A DNA stretch of 64,000 nt from a virus: IMG/VR virus record IMGVR_UViG_3300042429_001107; one strand, written 5' to 3'. A model generated the notes under the pieces. It saw only the letters and a program-made list of their open reading frames with translations, searched no databases and had not been told where the DNA came from. A program made the position numbers and the translations under genes. Below, piece by piece: positions 17,910-31,412 of the stretch. Each line of letters starts with the position of its first letter. The first letter of the stretch is position 1.

Positions 17910-19316
17910 ATGATAATCGATATAGAAAATACAGGAGGCGGTTTAACGGTCTCACATTACACCGAAGAAGGTGAAGTTAATATGTTAAAAATCCCAGTAC
18001 CAAAGGCATTACAATTTGTTTGGCAAAAGACACAGGATTACGATAAAGCCAAAGATAAAGAATGGCTTTCTTGGGACGCAAAACCTATTAAGAAAGTTTC
18101 TTCCACAAAATTTGATAAGTATAGAGTAGTAGAAATATTAGAAGCTATAGATCCGGAGATAACTAAACCTTTATGGGATTATCAGACTCCGAAAAAATAC
18201 TTTGTCGATATAGAGGTAGAGATCACAGATAATCGTGCAGATTCATTAGACACTGAGAATGCTAAGAATAGAGTGCTTTCAATAGGAATGGCTTCTTCTC
18301 ACGGAAAGGTACTAGTGATTGGTCTACAAGATATGACACCCGAAAGGATTCTTAAAATTGAAAAAAGAATTAAAGAGCATTTTAAAGACCAGGAAGGAGA
18401 TTGGACATTTAATTATAGGAAGTTTGAAAGTGAATTTGATATGATGTACACATTTCTTTCTAAGTTAGTTCCAAAAATGCCTTTAATTACTGGATGGAAC
18501 TGGTTTGGGTATGACTGGCCTTATTTGATAAACAGAGCTAGGAGATTAGGTATAGATCCTAAAATTGCTTCACCGAGTGGAGTTCTTCTAGGAAAGAATC
18601 AAATACCTATGCATGTACTAATGGTTGACTATCTGGACATTTACAAAAAATGGGATAGGGTAGTTAAGATCAGAGAATCTAATTCTTTAGACTATGTGGC
18701 AACTCAAGCAATTGGTATTAAAAAAATTGCTTATAATGGAACATTAAAAGATTTATATGAATCTGATTTTGATACATTCATATTCTATAATGCTATTGAC
18801 TGTGGTCTTGTTCATTATATTGATAGAAGACTCGATACTCTTTCTACATTCTTTAAAATAGCAGAAGTTAGTAGAGTGGAGATTAATAGAGCACTTTCTC
18901 CTGTATGGACTACAGAAGTACTTATGTTAAGAAAATTCTTAGAAAGAAAAAGAGTTATACTAAGTGAAAGAAAAGAAGAGAACCACGTAAAATTTGAAGG
19001 AGCCTATGTAAAGAAACCAGAGAGAGGAATTTATGAATGGATCGCTTGCTTTGACTTTGCTTCACTGTATCCTAATACTATGATGCAATGGGGAATTTCA
19101 CCAGAGGTTTATATAGGAAAGAATCTAAAAGAAATACCAGAAGGAGCAATTAAGACATCATCAGGAGCAGTATTTTACAGCAAAGAAGGAAAGGAACCTA
19201 TACTTAGAGAAATATTACAAGGATTATACTCGCAAAGGAAAGCAACTAAGAAGAAATATTTTGAATGTGAAAAAGAAATAGAAAAAATTAAAAAAGTAAT
19301 AAAAACAAAACAATAA
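17910..19316 (+). CDS. Family B DNA polymerase, N-terminal subunit (3'-5' exonuclease plus motif A; gp43A-like)
   Basis: ExoI FVDIEV, ExoII GWNWFGYDWPYL, ExoIII YNAID, motif A FDFASLYP; ends in the first fingers helix and lacks motifs B and C. Confidence 0.9.
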   Translation: MIIDIENTGGGLTVSHYTEEGEVNMLKIPVPKALQFVWQKTQDYDKAKDKEWLSWDAKPIKKVSSTKFDKYRVVEILEAIDPEITKPLWDYQTPKKYFVDIEVEITDNRADSLDTENAKNRVLSIGMASSHGKVLVIGLQDMTPERILKIEKRIKEHFKDQEGDWTFNYRKFESEFDMMYTFLSKLVPKMPLITGWNWFGYDWPYLINRARRLGIDPKIASPSGVLLGKNQIPMHVLMVDYLDIYKKWDRVVKIRESNSLDYVATQAIGIKKIAYNGTLKDLYESDFDTFIFYNAIDCGLVHYIDRRLDTLSTFFKIAEVSRVEINRALSPVWTTEVLMLRKFLERKRVILSERKEENHVKFEGAYVKKPERGIYEWIACFDFASLYPNTMMQWGISPEVYIGKNLKEIPEGAIKTSSGAVFYSKEGKEPILREILQGLYSQRKATKKKYFECEKEIEKIKKVIKTKQ

Positions 19317-19325
19317 AAATAAATT

Positions 19326-19790
19326 ATGGCAAATTCAGACAACACATGCGCAGATCTTCCAGTAGAAGATTTTCACACAGGAGCAAACGATACATTCGGT
19401 TTGATCTACGACAAACAAAAAGAATTACAAACTAGATACGGGTTTGATTTTAGCGATTGGACGCTAAAACAAATTGCAGATTTCTGGATGGTAAATAAAC
19501 ACGCAATGAGTGACGAACTAAATGAAATGTTTGACTCATTAGGAGGCGTTAAAGATGGTATTGGATCTGCAGCTTGGAAATACTGGAAAGGAGACAATAA
19601 GAAAGCAGCAGAGATGAAAATCTCAGATTTAACAGAATCCGACAAATTGGAATTATTTTATGAGTGGATTGATGGTTTACATTTCTTTATGAATTTTGCA
19701 ATTTCTATGGGTATGACAAGTAAGGATATTATTAATCTTTATATGGCAAAAAATTCAGAAAATCACGACAGACAGCAAAGAGGTTATTAA
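19326..19790 (+). CDS. Dimeric dUTPase/dCTPase (T4 gp56-like, all-alpha NTP-PPase)
   Basis: ELNEM, WKYWK, EWIDGLHF, KNSENHDRQQRGY. Confidence 0.8.
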   Translation: MANSDNTCADLPVEDFHTGANDTFGLIYDKQKELQTRYGFDFSDWTLKQIADFWMVNKHAMSDELNEMFDSLGGVKDGIGSAAWKYWKGDNKKAAEMKISDLTESDKLELFYEWIDGLHFFMNFAISMGMTSKDIINLYMAKNSENHDRQQRGY

Positions 19791-19813
19791 TATATAAAAG
19801 ACAAAAAACATAA

Positions 19814-20794
19814 ATGGAAAAGTTACTTACGCCGAATCCTAGAAGATTCTCATTATTCCCAGTACAAGAACCAGATATCTGGATGATGTACAAAACTGCA
19901 GAAGCTTCTTTCTGGACAGCAGAAGAGATTGATTTAGCACAAGATATTTCTCATTGGAGAGATAAGCTTAATGATAACGAAAGATATTTTATTAAGAACG
20001 TAATTGCTTTCTTTAATAACTCTGATGGGATAGTTAATGAAAATCTTGCAGCTAACTTTTTCAATCAAGTTCAGTATCCAGAAGCTAGATGCTTTTATGG
20101 ATTTCAATTAGCTATTGAGAATATACACGGGGAGGTTTATTCACTTCTTATAGATTCTTACATATCTGATGAGGAAGAGAAAGAACATCTATTTAATGCT
20201 ATTGATACTGTTCCTGCTGTTAAAAGAAAAGCAGATTGGGCAATGAAATGGATTGATAATGGAACATTCACTGAGAATATGATTGCATTTGCTGCTGTTG
20301 AAGGTATTTTCTTTTCTGGATCTTTCTGTTCTATATACTGGCTAAAGAAAAGAGGACTTATGCCAGGTCTTTGCTTTGCCAATGAATTAATCTCTAGAGA
20401 CGAAGGTCTACATTGTGATTTTGCTTGTTTACTTTACACTAAACACATCGAAAATAAACTTCCAGAGGAAACAGTGAAAGCTATTATTAGTGAAGCTGTA
20501 GAGATCGAGAAGGAGTTTGTTACTTCATCTTTACCTGTTAGATTAATTGGTATGAACGCTGATCTTATGTGCGAGTATATTGAATTTGTAGCAGATAGGC
20601 TTTTAACATCTCTGGGATGTTCTAAAATCTATGATACTAAATGTCCTTTTGATTTTATGATAAATATTGCTTTAGAAAACAAAGGAAATTTCTTCGAGGG
20701 TAGAGTTGGCTCATATCAGAAATCAGGAGTTATGGACAGTACCAAAGATAATGGAAATACAGGAAAAGCTTTTACAATGGATGCGGATTTTTAA
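19814..20794 (+). CDS. nrdB: Ribonucleotide reductase class Ia beta subunit
   Basis: [17 protein letters not shown] (radical Tyr), [16 protein letters not shown]. Confidence 0.95.
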   Translation: MEKLLTPNPRRFSLFPVQEPDIWMMYKTAEASFWTAEEIDLAQDISHWRDKLNDNERYFIKNVIAFFNNSDGIVNENLAANFFNQVQYPEARCFYGFQLAIENIHGEVYSLLIDSYISDEEEKEHLFNAIDTVPAVKRKADWAMKWIDNGTFTENMIAFAAVEGIFFSGSFCSIYWLKKRGLMPGLCFANELISRDEGLHCDFACLLYTKHIENKLPEETVKAIISEAVEIEKEFVTSSLPVRLIGMNADLMCEYIEFVADRLLTSLGCSKIYDTKCPFDFMINIALENKGNFFEGRVGSYQKSGVMDSTKDNGNTGKAFTMDADF

Positions 20795-20819
20795 TTTCCA
20801 ATAACATAGTAATTATTGA

Positions 20820-23252
<2,433 letters not shown>

Positions 23253-23253
23253 T

Positions 23254-23418
23254 ATGTACGATCACGTATACAGAATAACTGATTACCAAATAGAGGTAGA
23301 TGGCGTAATGGAAAACCGTCAAAGAATTCAATATTGGAATAACGAGGAAGATTATCTGATAGAGGAATATTACGGAGCACCGGGGGAAATACGTTCAGGA
23401 TACACCCAAATTCAATAA
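23254..23418 (+). CDS. Small protein downstream of the fibre, possible fibre chaperone/tip (not in ORF track, 54 aa)
   Basis: MYDHVYRITDYQIEVDGVMENRQRIQYWNNEEDYLIEEYYGAPGEIRSGYTQIQ, starting 1 nt after the fibre stop. Confidence 0.5.
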   Translation: MYDHVYRITDYQIEVDGVMENRQRIQYWNNEEDYLIEEYYGAPGEIRSGYTQIQ

Positions 23419-23513
23419 AAAAAGCGAAATAAATATTATTATTAGTGGAAACTAATGGGTTTATTTTTCTATAATTTTTTACATCAAATAAAATAAATAA
23501 AAATATAAAAATA

Positions 23514-25883
23514 ATGGAAGTAACAAAAAGAGACGGAGCTAAAGAAAGAGTTAAGCTTGATAAAATTTTAAATCGTGTTAAGAAGCAATCTTATGGTTTA
23601 AATATGGATTATATTGAGCCAATGGAAATTGCAAAGAAAGTTATACATGGTTTATATGATGGTATTTCTTCAGTAGAACTTGATACTTTAGCAGCAGAAA
23701 CAGCAGCTGCTTTAACTCCTACTCATCCTGACTATTCTATTTTAGCTTCCAGAATATGTGTTACTTCATTACATAAAAGAACTCCTAAAAGTTTTTCAAG
23801 TGTGATCGATCAGCTTTATAACTATGTTGATCCTAAAACTGGATTAAAAGCCCCAATGATTGCTGATGATGTCTATGATATTATTATGAAGAATTCTAAA
23901 GATATAGATTCTCAAATTATTGCTGATAGGGATTTAGATTATGATTATTTTGGATTTAAGACTTTAGAAAAATCATATCTTTTAAAGATTGACGGTTTAC
24001 CAGCAGAAAGACCACAACAAATGTTAATGAGAGTTGCTATTGGTATACATAAAGAAGATTTAGCTTCTGCTTATAAAACATATGACTTAATGAGTCAAGG
24101 TTACTTCACACATGCTACACCTACTTTATTTAATGCAGGTACTAGAAGACCTCAGCTTTCTTCTTGTTTCTTAGTTTCAATGGATGGGGATTCAATTCAA
24201 GGCATTTATAAAACATTAGCAGACGTAGCTCAGATCTCTAAAAATGCGGGAGGTATTGGTTTACATATACATAATGTAAGAGGCACAGGAGCTTATATTA
24301 GAGGAACAAATGGTACTTCTAATGGAATTATCCCGATGTTAAAAGTATTTAATGAGACTGCAAGATACGTAGATCAAGGCGGAGGAAGAAGAAAAGGTTC
24401 CTTTGCTATTTATTTAGAGCCTTGGCATTGTGATGTTGAAGACTTCTTAAATCTTAGAAAAAATCACGGTAAAGAAGAAATGAGAGCTAGAGATCTTTTC
24501 TTAGCTTTATGGACTCCTGATTTATTTATGCAGAGAGTTAAAGAAGATGGCGAATGGACTTTGTTCTCTCCAGACGAAGCTCCTGGATTAGATGATGTTT
24601 ATGGTGATGACTTTGTTAAGCTTTATACAAAATATGAAGAAGAAGGAAGAGGAAGAAAAACGATCAAAGCACAGGAGCTTTGGTATAAAATAATTGAAGC
24701 ACAGATTGAAACAGGAACTCCTTATATGCTTTATAAGGATGCAGCTAATATCAAATCCAACCAGAAAAATTTAGGGACTATTAAATCTTCAAATCTTTGT
24801 ACGGAGATTATGGAATATTCAGATTCTAAAGAAACTGCAGTTTGTAATTTAGCTTCTATTGCATTACCTAAATTTATTATTCCTGGTAAGAAACCTAAAT
24901 ATGATCTTATTGCTCTTAAGGATATAGCTTACACCGCTACAATCAATCTTAATAGGGTAATTGATGTTAACTATTATCCTACAAAAGAGACTAAGACTTC
25001 TAATATGAAGCACAGGCCAATTGGTATTGGTGTTCAAGGTCTAGCTGATACTTTTGCTATTCTAAAAATACCTTTTGAATCTGATGAAGCTAAAAATTTA
25101 GATAGAGATATTTTTGAAGCAATTTATTACGGAGCTATGTGTGCTTCAGTTGATCTTGCAGAAAAAGAAGGAGCGTATCAAACCTTCAAAGGATCACCAC
25201 TATCTAAAGGATTATTCCAATTTGATCTATGGAATGAATCACCAAGTACAAGATGGGATTGGGAGGAATTAAGAGAAAGAGTTTTAACTCACGGAGCTAG
25301 AAACTCTTTATTGCTTGCACCTATGCCTACTGCTTCTACAAGTCAGATCTTAGGAAACAACGAATGCTTTGAACCATTCACTTCCAATATTTATATCAGA
25401 AAAACATTATCTGGTGAATTCCCAGTAGTTAATAAACATCTTGTTAAAGATCTAGTTAAACTTAATATGTGGGATGACAATCTTAGAGATAAGATCATAA
25501 TCAATAATGGATCAGTTCAGGATATTGCAGAAATACCTGATGAGATTAAGATCATTTATAAAACTGCTTGGGAAATGAGTCAGAAGATCATTATAGATCA
25601 TGCTGCAGCACGAGCACCTTTTATATGTCAAAGTCAAAGTATGAATTTGTTTGTTCAAGATGCCAACTTTGCCAAACTTTCTTCTGCTCATTTTTATGGG
25701 TGGGATAAAGGACTAAAGACTGGTAGTTATTATATAAGAACTAAAGCTGCTACTACAGCTATAAAAGGTCTAGGTATAGATCTTAGTAGAAACCAAGACA
25801 TTCCTAAATCTGAAGATGATAACTACAGTGATTTATCTTGTAGTATAGACAACCCAGAAGATTGTGAAGCTTGTGGATCATAA
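23514..25883 (+). CDS. nrdA: Ribonucleotide reductase class Ia alpha subunit with ATP cone
   Basis: [38 protein letters not shown] and C-terminal CEAC. Confidence 0.95.
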   Translation: MEVTKRDGAKERVKLDKILNRVKKQSYGLNMDYIEPMEIAKKVIHGLYDGISSVELDTLAAETAAALTPTHPDYSILASRICVTSLHKRTPKSFSSVIDQLYNYVDPKTGLKAPMIADDVYDIIMKNSKDIDSQIIADRDLDYDYFGFKTLEKSYLLKIDGLPAERPQQMLMRVAIGIHKEDLASAYKTYDLMSQGYFTHATPTLFNAGTRRPQLSSCFLVSMDGDSIQGIYKTLADVAQISKNAGGIGLHIHNVRGTGAYIRGTNGTSNGIIPMLKVFNETARYVDQGGGRRKGSFAIYLEPWHCDVEDFLNLRKNHGKEEMRARDLFLALWTPDLFMQRVKEDGEWTLFSPDEAPGLDDVYGDDFVKLYTKYEEEGRGRKTIKAQELWYKIIEAQIETGTPYMLYKDAANIKSNQKNLGTIKSSNLCTEIMEYSDSKETAVCNLASIALPKFIIPGKKPKYDLIALKDIAYTATINLNRVIDVNYYPTKETKTSNMKHRPIGIGVQGLADTFAILKIPFESDEAKNLDRDIFEAIYYGAMCASVDLAEKEGAYQTFKGSPLSKGLFQFDLWNESPSTRWDWEELRERVLTHGARNSLLLAPMPTASTSQILGNNECFEPFTSNIYIRKTLSGEFPVVNKHLVKDLVKLNMWDDNLRDKIIINNGSVQDIAEIPDEIKIIYKTAWEMSQKIIIDHAAARAPFICQSQSMNLFVQDANFAKLSSAHFYGWDKGLKTGSYYIRTKAATTAIKGLGIDLSRNQDIPKSEDDNYSDLSCSIDNPEDCEACGS

Positions 25884-25895
25884 GATATAAAAAAA

Positions 25896-26543
25896 ATGAA
25901 TAGACCTAAGAAGCTTAGCAATTTTAAAGAATTCGTAAAAGAATACGGAGATATAGATGGAAAAGAAGATACCAAAAAAACCCCATGTATAATTTTAGCA
26001 GGACCTCCGGGATGTGGTAAGGGAACACAAGCTAGAATTATAGCCAAAGGTATGAGATGGAAACACATTTCAACTGGGGATATATTAAGGGATTCTGATA
26101 ATAAAGAGATCAAGAAGTTAATGAAAACTGGTAATCTTCTTCCTGATGAGATTGTAGGTAAAGAGCTTATAGATTATCTTAAAAAATTAACTAAACATAG
26201 CGATCCTAAGGGATATATTTTTGACGGATATCCTAGAAATCTTCAACAGAAGGCTATATTTGACGAGATTTGTAGAATTAATAATATCTCATTAGAATAT
26301 GTTTTCTTTTTAAATGTCGCAGAGAAGATATTAAGGGAAAGAATAAAAGAAAGAAGTAAATCTTCGGGAAGATCTGATGATAAAAACGAGGAAGCATTCC
26401 AAATTAGAATGGATGAATATAATGAACAGACGTTACCTATGATAGAATCTATGAGAAAAGGAGGAGGATTTTTGGAAATATCAGGGGAAAATAAATTGGA
26501 TGATATTACTAAGCTGATATTTAATAAAATTAATGAAATTTAA
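25896..26543 (+). CDS. adk: Adenylate kinase (short LID) with N-terminal leader extension
   Basis: GPPGCGKGTQ, HISTGDILR, FDGYPRN, RSKSSGRSDD. Confidence 0.9.
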   Translation: MNRPKKLSNFKEFVKEYGDIDGKEDTKKTPCIILAGPPGCGKGTQARIIAKGMRWKHISTGDILRDSDNKEIKKLMKTGNLLPDEIVGKELIDYLKKLTKHSDPKGYIFDGYPRNLQQKAIFDEICRINNISLEYVFFLNVAEKILRERIKERSKSSGRSDDKNEEAFQIRMDEYNEQTLPMIESMRKGGGFLEISGENKLDDITKLIFNKINEI

Positions 26544-26580
26544 TTGCAATTTTATTGTATAATAGTTAAATCTTAAAAAT

Positions 26581-27828
26581 ATGTCAAAATCAAAAACAGA
26601 AGAAATAGTTAAGGCAACTCCTACTATATGTCTTACTATGATCGTTAAGAATGAATCTAAAGTCATAAGGAAATGCATAGATTCAGTTAGAGATTATATT
26701 AGTTATTGGGTTATTGTTGATACTGGATCAACCGATGGAACTCAAGATCTTATTAAAGAAATAATGGCCGAATATGGTATTCCTGGAGAATTACACGAAA
26801 GACCATGGGTAGATTTTGGATATAATAGAACAGAAAATCTTAAACTTGCCAAAGACAAATCTGACTATAGACTTATTATAGATGCTGATGATGTGTTATT
26901 CGTAGAGAACGGAGAAAATCCATTTATTAACCTAACTGAAGACTTCTATAAGATTAAATTAAGATTGGGAAGTCTGGCATATTATAGAACACAAGTAATT
27001 AGAGGAGATCAAGATTGGAAATATATTGGTGTACTTCATGAATATCTTTCTGGACCTGAAGGAATAGATCTAACCGAAGAATTTTTACCCGAAGGTGTTG
27101 AAATGCACGCAGCAGTATCCGGGCATAATAGAGATATCAAAGGGAAAGATAAGTATTACAATGATGCTTTAATATTTGAAAAGGCCATTATAACTACACC
27201 TAAGGAGGAACTTCCTATTGATTTAGAAAGAAGATATGTTTTTTATATGGCTCAAAGTTATAGAGATGCTGGAATGCACGAAAGATCTATAGAAGCTTAT
27301 CAAAGAAGAGTAGATCTAGGTGGATGGGCAGAAGAGGTTTACGTCTCTAAATATTGGATTGCTAGACAGAAACACTCATTAAACAAATCAGACGAGGAGA
27401 TTATTGATGCTTATTTAAAAGCTTGGGAATATAGACCTAATAGACTTGAATCCCTTTATCATTTAATAAAATTCTTAGGAAGTAAAAAAAGATATGCTTT
27501 GGCTTTTGCTCTAGCTGCTGTTGGAATGAAAACAGGATCTTGCTCAGATATTCTTTTCGTTGAAGATGAGATCTGGAAATGGAGAATGCCTGATGAATAT
27601 TCAGTATTGGCTTATTATAATGGAAATGCAGAGGAAGCACACAAAGTAACCACAATAATTATTAATTCCCCTCTATTTGATAAGATTTCTCCTAACGAAC
27701 AAGAAAGAATCAGAAAGAATATGGAATTCTATAGTAAAGCTATTACAAAAGCTACAGAACCTACAGAACCTACAGAACTTATAGAAGCTACAGAAGATGT
27801 AGAAGCTACAGAAGAAGTTAAAAACTAG
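26581..27828 (+). CDS. GT2 glycosyltransferase with C-terminal TPR-like region
   Basis: CLTMIVKNES, VDTGSTDGT, IIDADD, GVLHE, FYMAQSYRD. Confidence 0.85.
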   Translation: MSKSKTEEIVKATPTICLTMIVKNESKVIRKCIDSVRDYISYWVIVDTGSTDGTQDLIKEIMAEYGIPGELHERPWVDFGYNRTENLKLAKDKSDYRLIIDADDVLFVENGENPFINLTEDFYKIKLRLGSLAYYRTQVIRGDQDWKYIGVLHEYLSGPEGIDLTEEFLPEGVEMHAAVSGHNRDIKGKDKYYNDALIFEKAIITTPKEELPIDLERRYVFYMAQSYRDAGMHERSIEAYQRRVDLGGWAEEVYVSKYWIARQKHSLNKSDEEIIDAYLKAWEYRPNRLESLYHLIKFLGSKKRYALAFALAAVGMKTGSCSDILFVEDEIWKWRMPDEYSVLAYYNGNAEEAHKVTTIIINSPLFDKISPNEQERIRKNMEFYSKAITKATEPTEPTELIEATEDVEATEEVKN

Positions 27829-27870
27829 GAATTAGTGAGGACGGAAGATATATAACATAAAAGTTATATC

Positions 27871-28356
27871 ATGAGAATTTTAAAATTTTCCGAATTCCTT
27901 AATGAGCAATCAGTTTATAATACAGGAGTCCCTTTATACAGAGGCACAAGTTTTGAGCCAGAAAGAACTATTAAAAGAAATCAATTAATTTCTGAATTAA
28001 GAAGTCTTTTAACTCAAGTAATGAATGGTACTCTTTCCGAAATATCTTTAGTAGCAGAAATACCTACACAAGGTAAAAATGCTCCACAATATTTGAAAGA
28101 TATTTATTCTGAAATGGGATACAATCCAGGTAAAGATATGGAAGATGAGTACGATGAAGAAAACGACACTTATCTTGGTAACAGAGACAGAACTGGAGAT
28201 GAACCATCTACAAACATATTTGTAGATTCTGAATTTTTAGTTAAAGATGTAGATGAAGCTAGAAATGTTATTATAGCAATTCCTTATTCATTAAAAAAGA
28301 AAAACATCTTAGTTGAACTTACTCCAGAAATGATTGATGAAGCATTCATTAAATAA
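27871..28356 (+). CDS. Hypothetical protein with leader
   Basis: MRILKFSEFLNE; GATATATA at 27847. Confidence 0.6.
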   Translation: MRILKFSEFLNEQSVYNTGVPLYRGTSFEPERTIKRNQLISELRSLLTQVMNGTLSEISLVAEIPTQGKNAPQYLKDIYSEMGYNPGKDMEDEYDEENDTYLGNRDRTGDEPSTNIFVDSEFLVKDVDEARNVIIAIPYSLKKKNILVELTPEMIDEAFIK

Positions 28357-28362
28357 TTAATT

Positions 28363-28722
28363 ATGGAATACGAAGATTTTCATTTAGTAAAAATCGGGGA
28401 CCATACTTTTGTTTTAGAACAATGTAAAGATTTTTCAAAGGGACTTTCTAATAGAGAGCATCTTCTCGAAAATGAGGGGATGCTTTTTAATTTTAAAGAA
28501 TCTGGTCCTAAAAGCTTTCATATGAAAGATTGTTATCTACCTCTTGATATTCTATTCATAAAAGAAGGCAAAATCCAAAAAATTTATCACAATTGTAGTC
28601 CATGCGAAACTGATGAGTGTCAAAAATTTGAACATGATTCCGCAGATACTATTATTGAACTCCTAGGAGGCACATGTGAGAGCAATAATATTAGCGAAGG
28701 ACTAATCTACAGACTGATGTAG
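28363..28722 (+). CDS. DUF192 family protein
   Basis: KGLSNR...EGMLFNF...FHMKD...PLDILFI...IIEL. Confidence 0.75.
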   Translation: MEYEDFHLVKIGDHTFVLEQCKDFSKGLSNREHLLENEGMLFNFKESGPKSFHMKDCYLPLDILFIKEGKIQKIYHNCSPCETDECQKFEHDSADTIIELLGGTCESNNISEGLIYRLM

Positions 28723-28796
28723 GAAACTTTTCCCTCTTTTACTGTTAAAATATATGTTACTAAGGTAAATTGTATTTTATAAAAATTAAATCTTGA

Positions 28797-30584
28797 ATGT
28801 CATCTAACAAAGAAATTAAAGTATTATCAGAGAGGGAGCACATCCTATTAAGACCAACCGTTTATGTTGGGAGCGTTAAACCAACAGACGAGAAAGTACC
28901 AGTGATTCGCGATAGCCGTGTTTTTGTTGAGTCTAAGACCATATCAGTTGGAATGTATAAGTTATTTGATGAGGTATTCTCTAACTCATTAGACGAAGCT
29001 AAACGAATGAATGGCAAGATGAAGAAAATCACTATAGCTATTGATTCTAAAAGCAATTCCGTTTCTGTTAAAGATTCTGGTAATGGATTTTATAAAGGTA
29101 CGGAGATTAATAAGATAAGTGAAAAATCTAATATCGAAACTGCAGTATCACAATTAAGAGCAGGATCAAATTTCGAGAATGATGATGTTGAAGAATCACT
29201 AGTGGGTACTAATGGTATGGGTGTCAGCTTAGTTAATGTACTTTCTAAATATTTCAGTATCGAAACAGTAAATGATAAATTCTATTACTTTCAGGAATGG
29301 AAAAATTACGAGGGTAAAGATCCTAAGGTCTCTAAGAGATCGTCTGATATGAAAACTGGTACTTCAGTTACATTCACACCTCTTTCTGAAACATTTGGAT
29401 ATTCTAAATGGGACAAAGAAGTTCTTTCATCTATACTTATTCTAAAATACGATCTAATCAAAAGAGACCCGATTATAGGTAAACTTGAAATAGAATTATC
29501 TTGGGACGGGGAGTCAATAGATCTATCTCCTGAATTTTTACCACAGGATTCTTTTAAGATTAATACAGAGATAGGTCAGATAACAATATGGGAAAAGTAT
29601 GAAGGATCAGGATCATTAAGCTTTGTTAACTCCGCTCTTTGTTCTGGAATACACCAGAAGATATTTAATGACTTTGTAAACACAAAATTAGAAGACACAT
29701 TAGGTCATCACTTTTACGATTGTCTAATTGTGCTAAATCTTCCACCTAAGTATGTTAAATTCGGAGATCAGAATAAAACTAGATTTGTTACAACAAGGGA
29801 AGAGATTGATAATTTACTGATGAATAAATTTGGAGCTAAGTTACAAGGACTTTTTAAAACCGAACTATTTGAAAGAATAGCAAAGAAAGTTGAAGAGAGA
29901 AAGAATGATGGATACGTAAAAAAACTTAGAGCAGAGAAAAGAAAAGTAAATCTTAAACATTCACACAAGTACTTTCCTGCACAAAAAGCTATTGCAGAAA
30001 ATCTATTTATAGTTGAAGGACTTTCTGCTATGGGATCTATATTACAAAAAAGAAATCCTAAGGAAGATGGAGTTTATGCTCTAAAAGGCAAGATAAAGAA
30101 TTGTAAAAATATTGGGGATCTTTCAGATAACAAAGAGATTCTTGAATTAATGCACATTCTAGGATTAGATCCCAGTTCTAGAAACAACGAAATTATAGGT
30201 TACAAAAGAATAGTTATTGCTACTGACCCAGATCCGGATGGATCGCATATCACATCTTTATTAATAAATCTTTTTTATAAATGGTTTCCTACTGTTATTA
30301 AAAATAAAAGGTTAAGTTCATTAAAAATCCCTCTTGTTTCTGTAGGTGATGGAAAGAAAAGAAAATACTATTGGGACATGGATGATTTTAAAACTGCTAA
30401 GCCCACTGGTAATGTTAGATACTTAAAAGGATTAGGTTCTCTTTCTTTAGAAGATTGGGAATGGGTAATGAATAGAAAAGATTTTGTTGGAATAGATGAA
30501 AATTCAGATAGTAAGGAAAAACTAGAAATGGCATTTGGTGATTCTTCTGAGGCTCGGAAAAAATGGTTATCTAATATTAAATAG
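28797..30584 (+). CDS. Type IIA topoisomerase ATPase/TOPRIM subunit (gp39+60/GyrB-like)
   Basis: EHILLRPTVYVGS, EVFSNSLDE, GTNGMGVSLVN, IVEGLSA, TDPDPDGSHI, YLKGLGS. Confidence 0.9.
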   Translation: MSSNKEIKVLSEREHILLRPTVYVGSVKPTDEKVPVIRDSRVFVESKTISVGMYKLFDEVFSNSLDEAKRMNGKMKKITIAIDSKSNSVSVKDSGNGFYKGTEINKISEKSNIETAVSQLRAGSNFENDDVEESLVGTNGMGVSLVNVLSKYFSIETVNDKFYYFQEWKNYEGKDPKVSKRSSDMKTGTSVTFTPLSETFGYSKWDKEVLSSILILKYDLIKRDPIIGKLEIELSWDGESIDLSPEFLPQDSFKINTEIGQITIWEKYEGSGSLSFVNSALCSGIHQKIFNDFVNTKLEDTLGHHFYDCLIVLNLPPKYVKFGDQNKTRFVTTREEIDNLLMNKFGAKLQGLFKTELFERIAKKVEERKNDGYVKKLRAEKRKVNLKHSHKYFPAQKAIAENLFIVEGLSAMGSILQKRNPKEDGVYALKGKIKNCKNIGDLSDNKEILELMHILGLDPSSRNNEIIGYKRIVIATDPDPDGSHITSLLINLFYKWFPTVIKNKRLSSLKIPLVSVGDGKKRKYYWDMDDFKTAKPTGNVRYLKGLGSLSLEDWEWVMNRKDFVGIDENSDSKEKLEMAFGDSSEARKKWLSNIK

Positions 30585-30596
30585 ATATATACTTTA

Positions 30597-31349
30597 ATGA
30601 TTTTAAGATTAAGCGATTTTGTTAATGAGCAGGATTCGAATATTCCTGATGGAAGCGAGGGAACTCAAGCTCCCGTTAAGAGCTATGCAGGTAAACTAAA
30701 AATAAACTGGGATATGCCAGACCTTGCTGAGGAAATATCTCATTATGACGATAAAGCTAAATTGGAATTCTACCAGCATAATATTACTATTGGTAATAAA
30801 GATATAGGTAAAGTTGCTGCTAGATCCACCAAGTTTTTTAAATATATTAATGAGCCATTTAAAAAAGGACACATGGAAACAATTCCTATTGTTTCTGAGG
30901 ATGGATTTGATGTTAATAGTATTCAGAATTTAATGGCTTATGAGTTTGATAACATCATTGCTGGAGCATATGGTAGATCTTACGGAGATGTTCTAATAAA
31001 AATATCAGATGATCTTAAAAGAAAAGGCACTTTATCATTGCCTGCTCCTATTGTGATTAAATTTATAAATTTTGGAGAGACAAGAACATCTTCAGAATAC
31101 AGCTATTATCTTTTTTCTGGTAATAGGATAGCTAACTTAGCATTACAATATAATATTCCACTAAGAGCTTTAGTATTAGATTTAGTTCCTTCAAGAAGAG
31201 ACGTTAGAGAATTTGCACAAAAATCAGGTGCTACTACAGATCCGGTTAAATTCAAAAAGCTTCTTAGAAGAGAAACTGGTAAAGAAACTCTTGACGATCT
31301 TAATGCTAGAGAAAGATTTAAAATTATACAATCTCTTAAAGATTTCTAA
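30597..31349 (+). CDS. Hypothetical protein with leader, possible ParB/Srx-like domain
   Basis: MILRLSDFVNE; APIVIK...YYLFSGNR; GATATATA at 30584. Confidence 0.45.
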   Translation: MILRLSDFVNEQDSNIPDGSEGTQAPVKSYAGKLKINWDMPDLAEEISHYDDKAKLEFYQHNITIGNKDIGKVAARSTKFFKYINEPFKKGHMETIPIVSEDGFDVNSIQNLMAYEFDNIIAGAYGRSYGDVLIKISDDLKRKGTLSLPAPIVIKFINFGETRTSSEYSYYLFSGNRIANLALQYNIPLRALVLDLVPSRRDVREFAQKSGATTDPVKFKKLLRRETGKETLDDLNARERFKIIQSLKDF

Positions 31350-31412
31350 TTCATTTAGAAAAAACTCCGGAATCATCTGAGCCCCTATTTAATTTCTAGA
31401 TATATTTGTAGT

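Noticed and set aside
19200-19316. Split intein joining the polymerase halves
   Set aside because: No Cys/Ser-initiated intein N block at the end of the first half and no His-Asn C block at the start of the second half.
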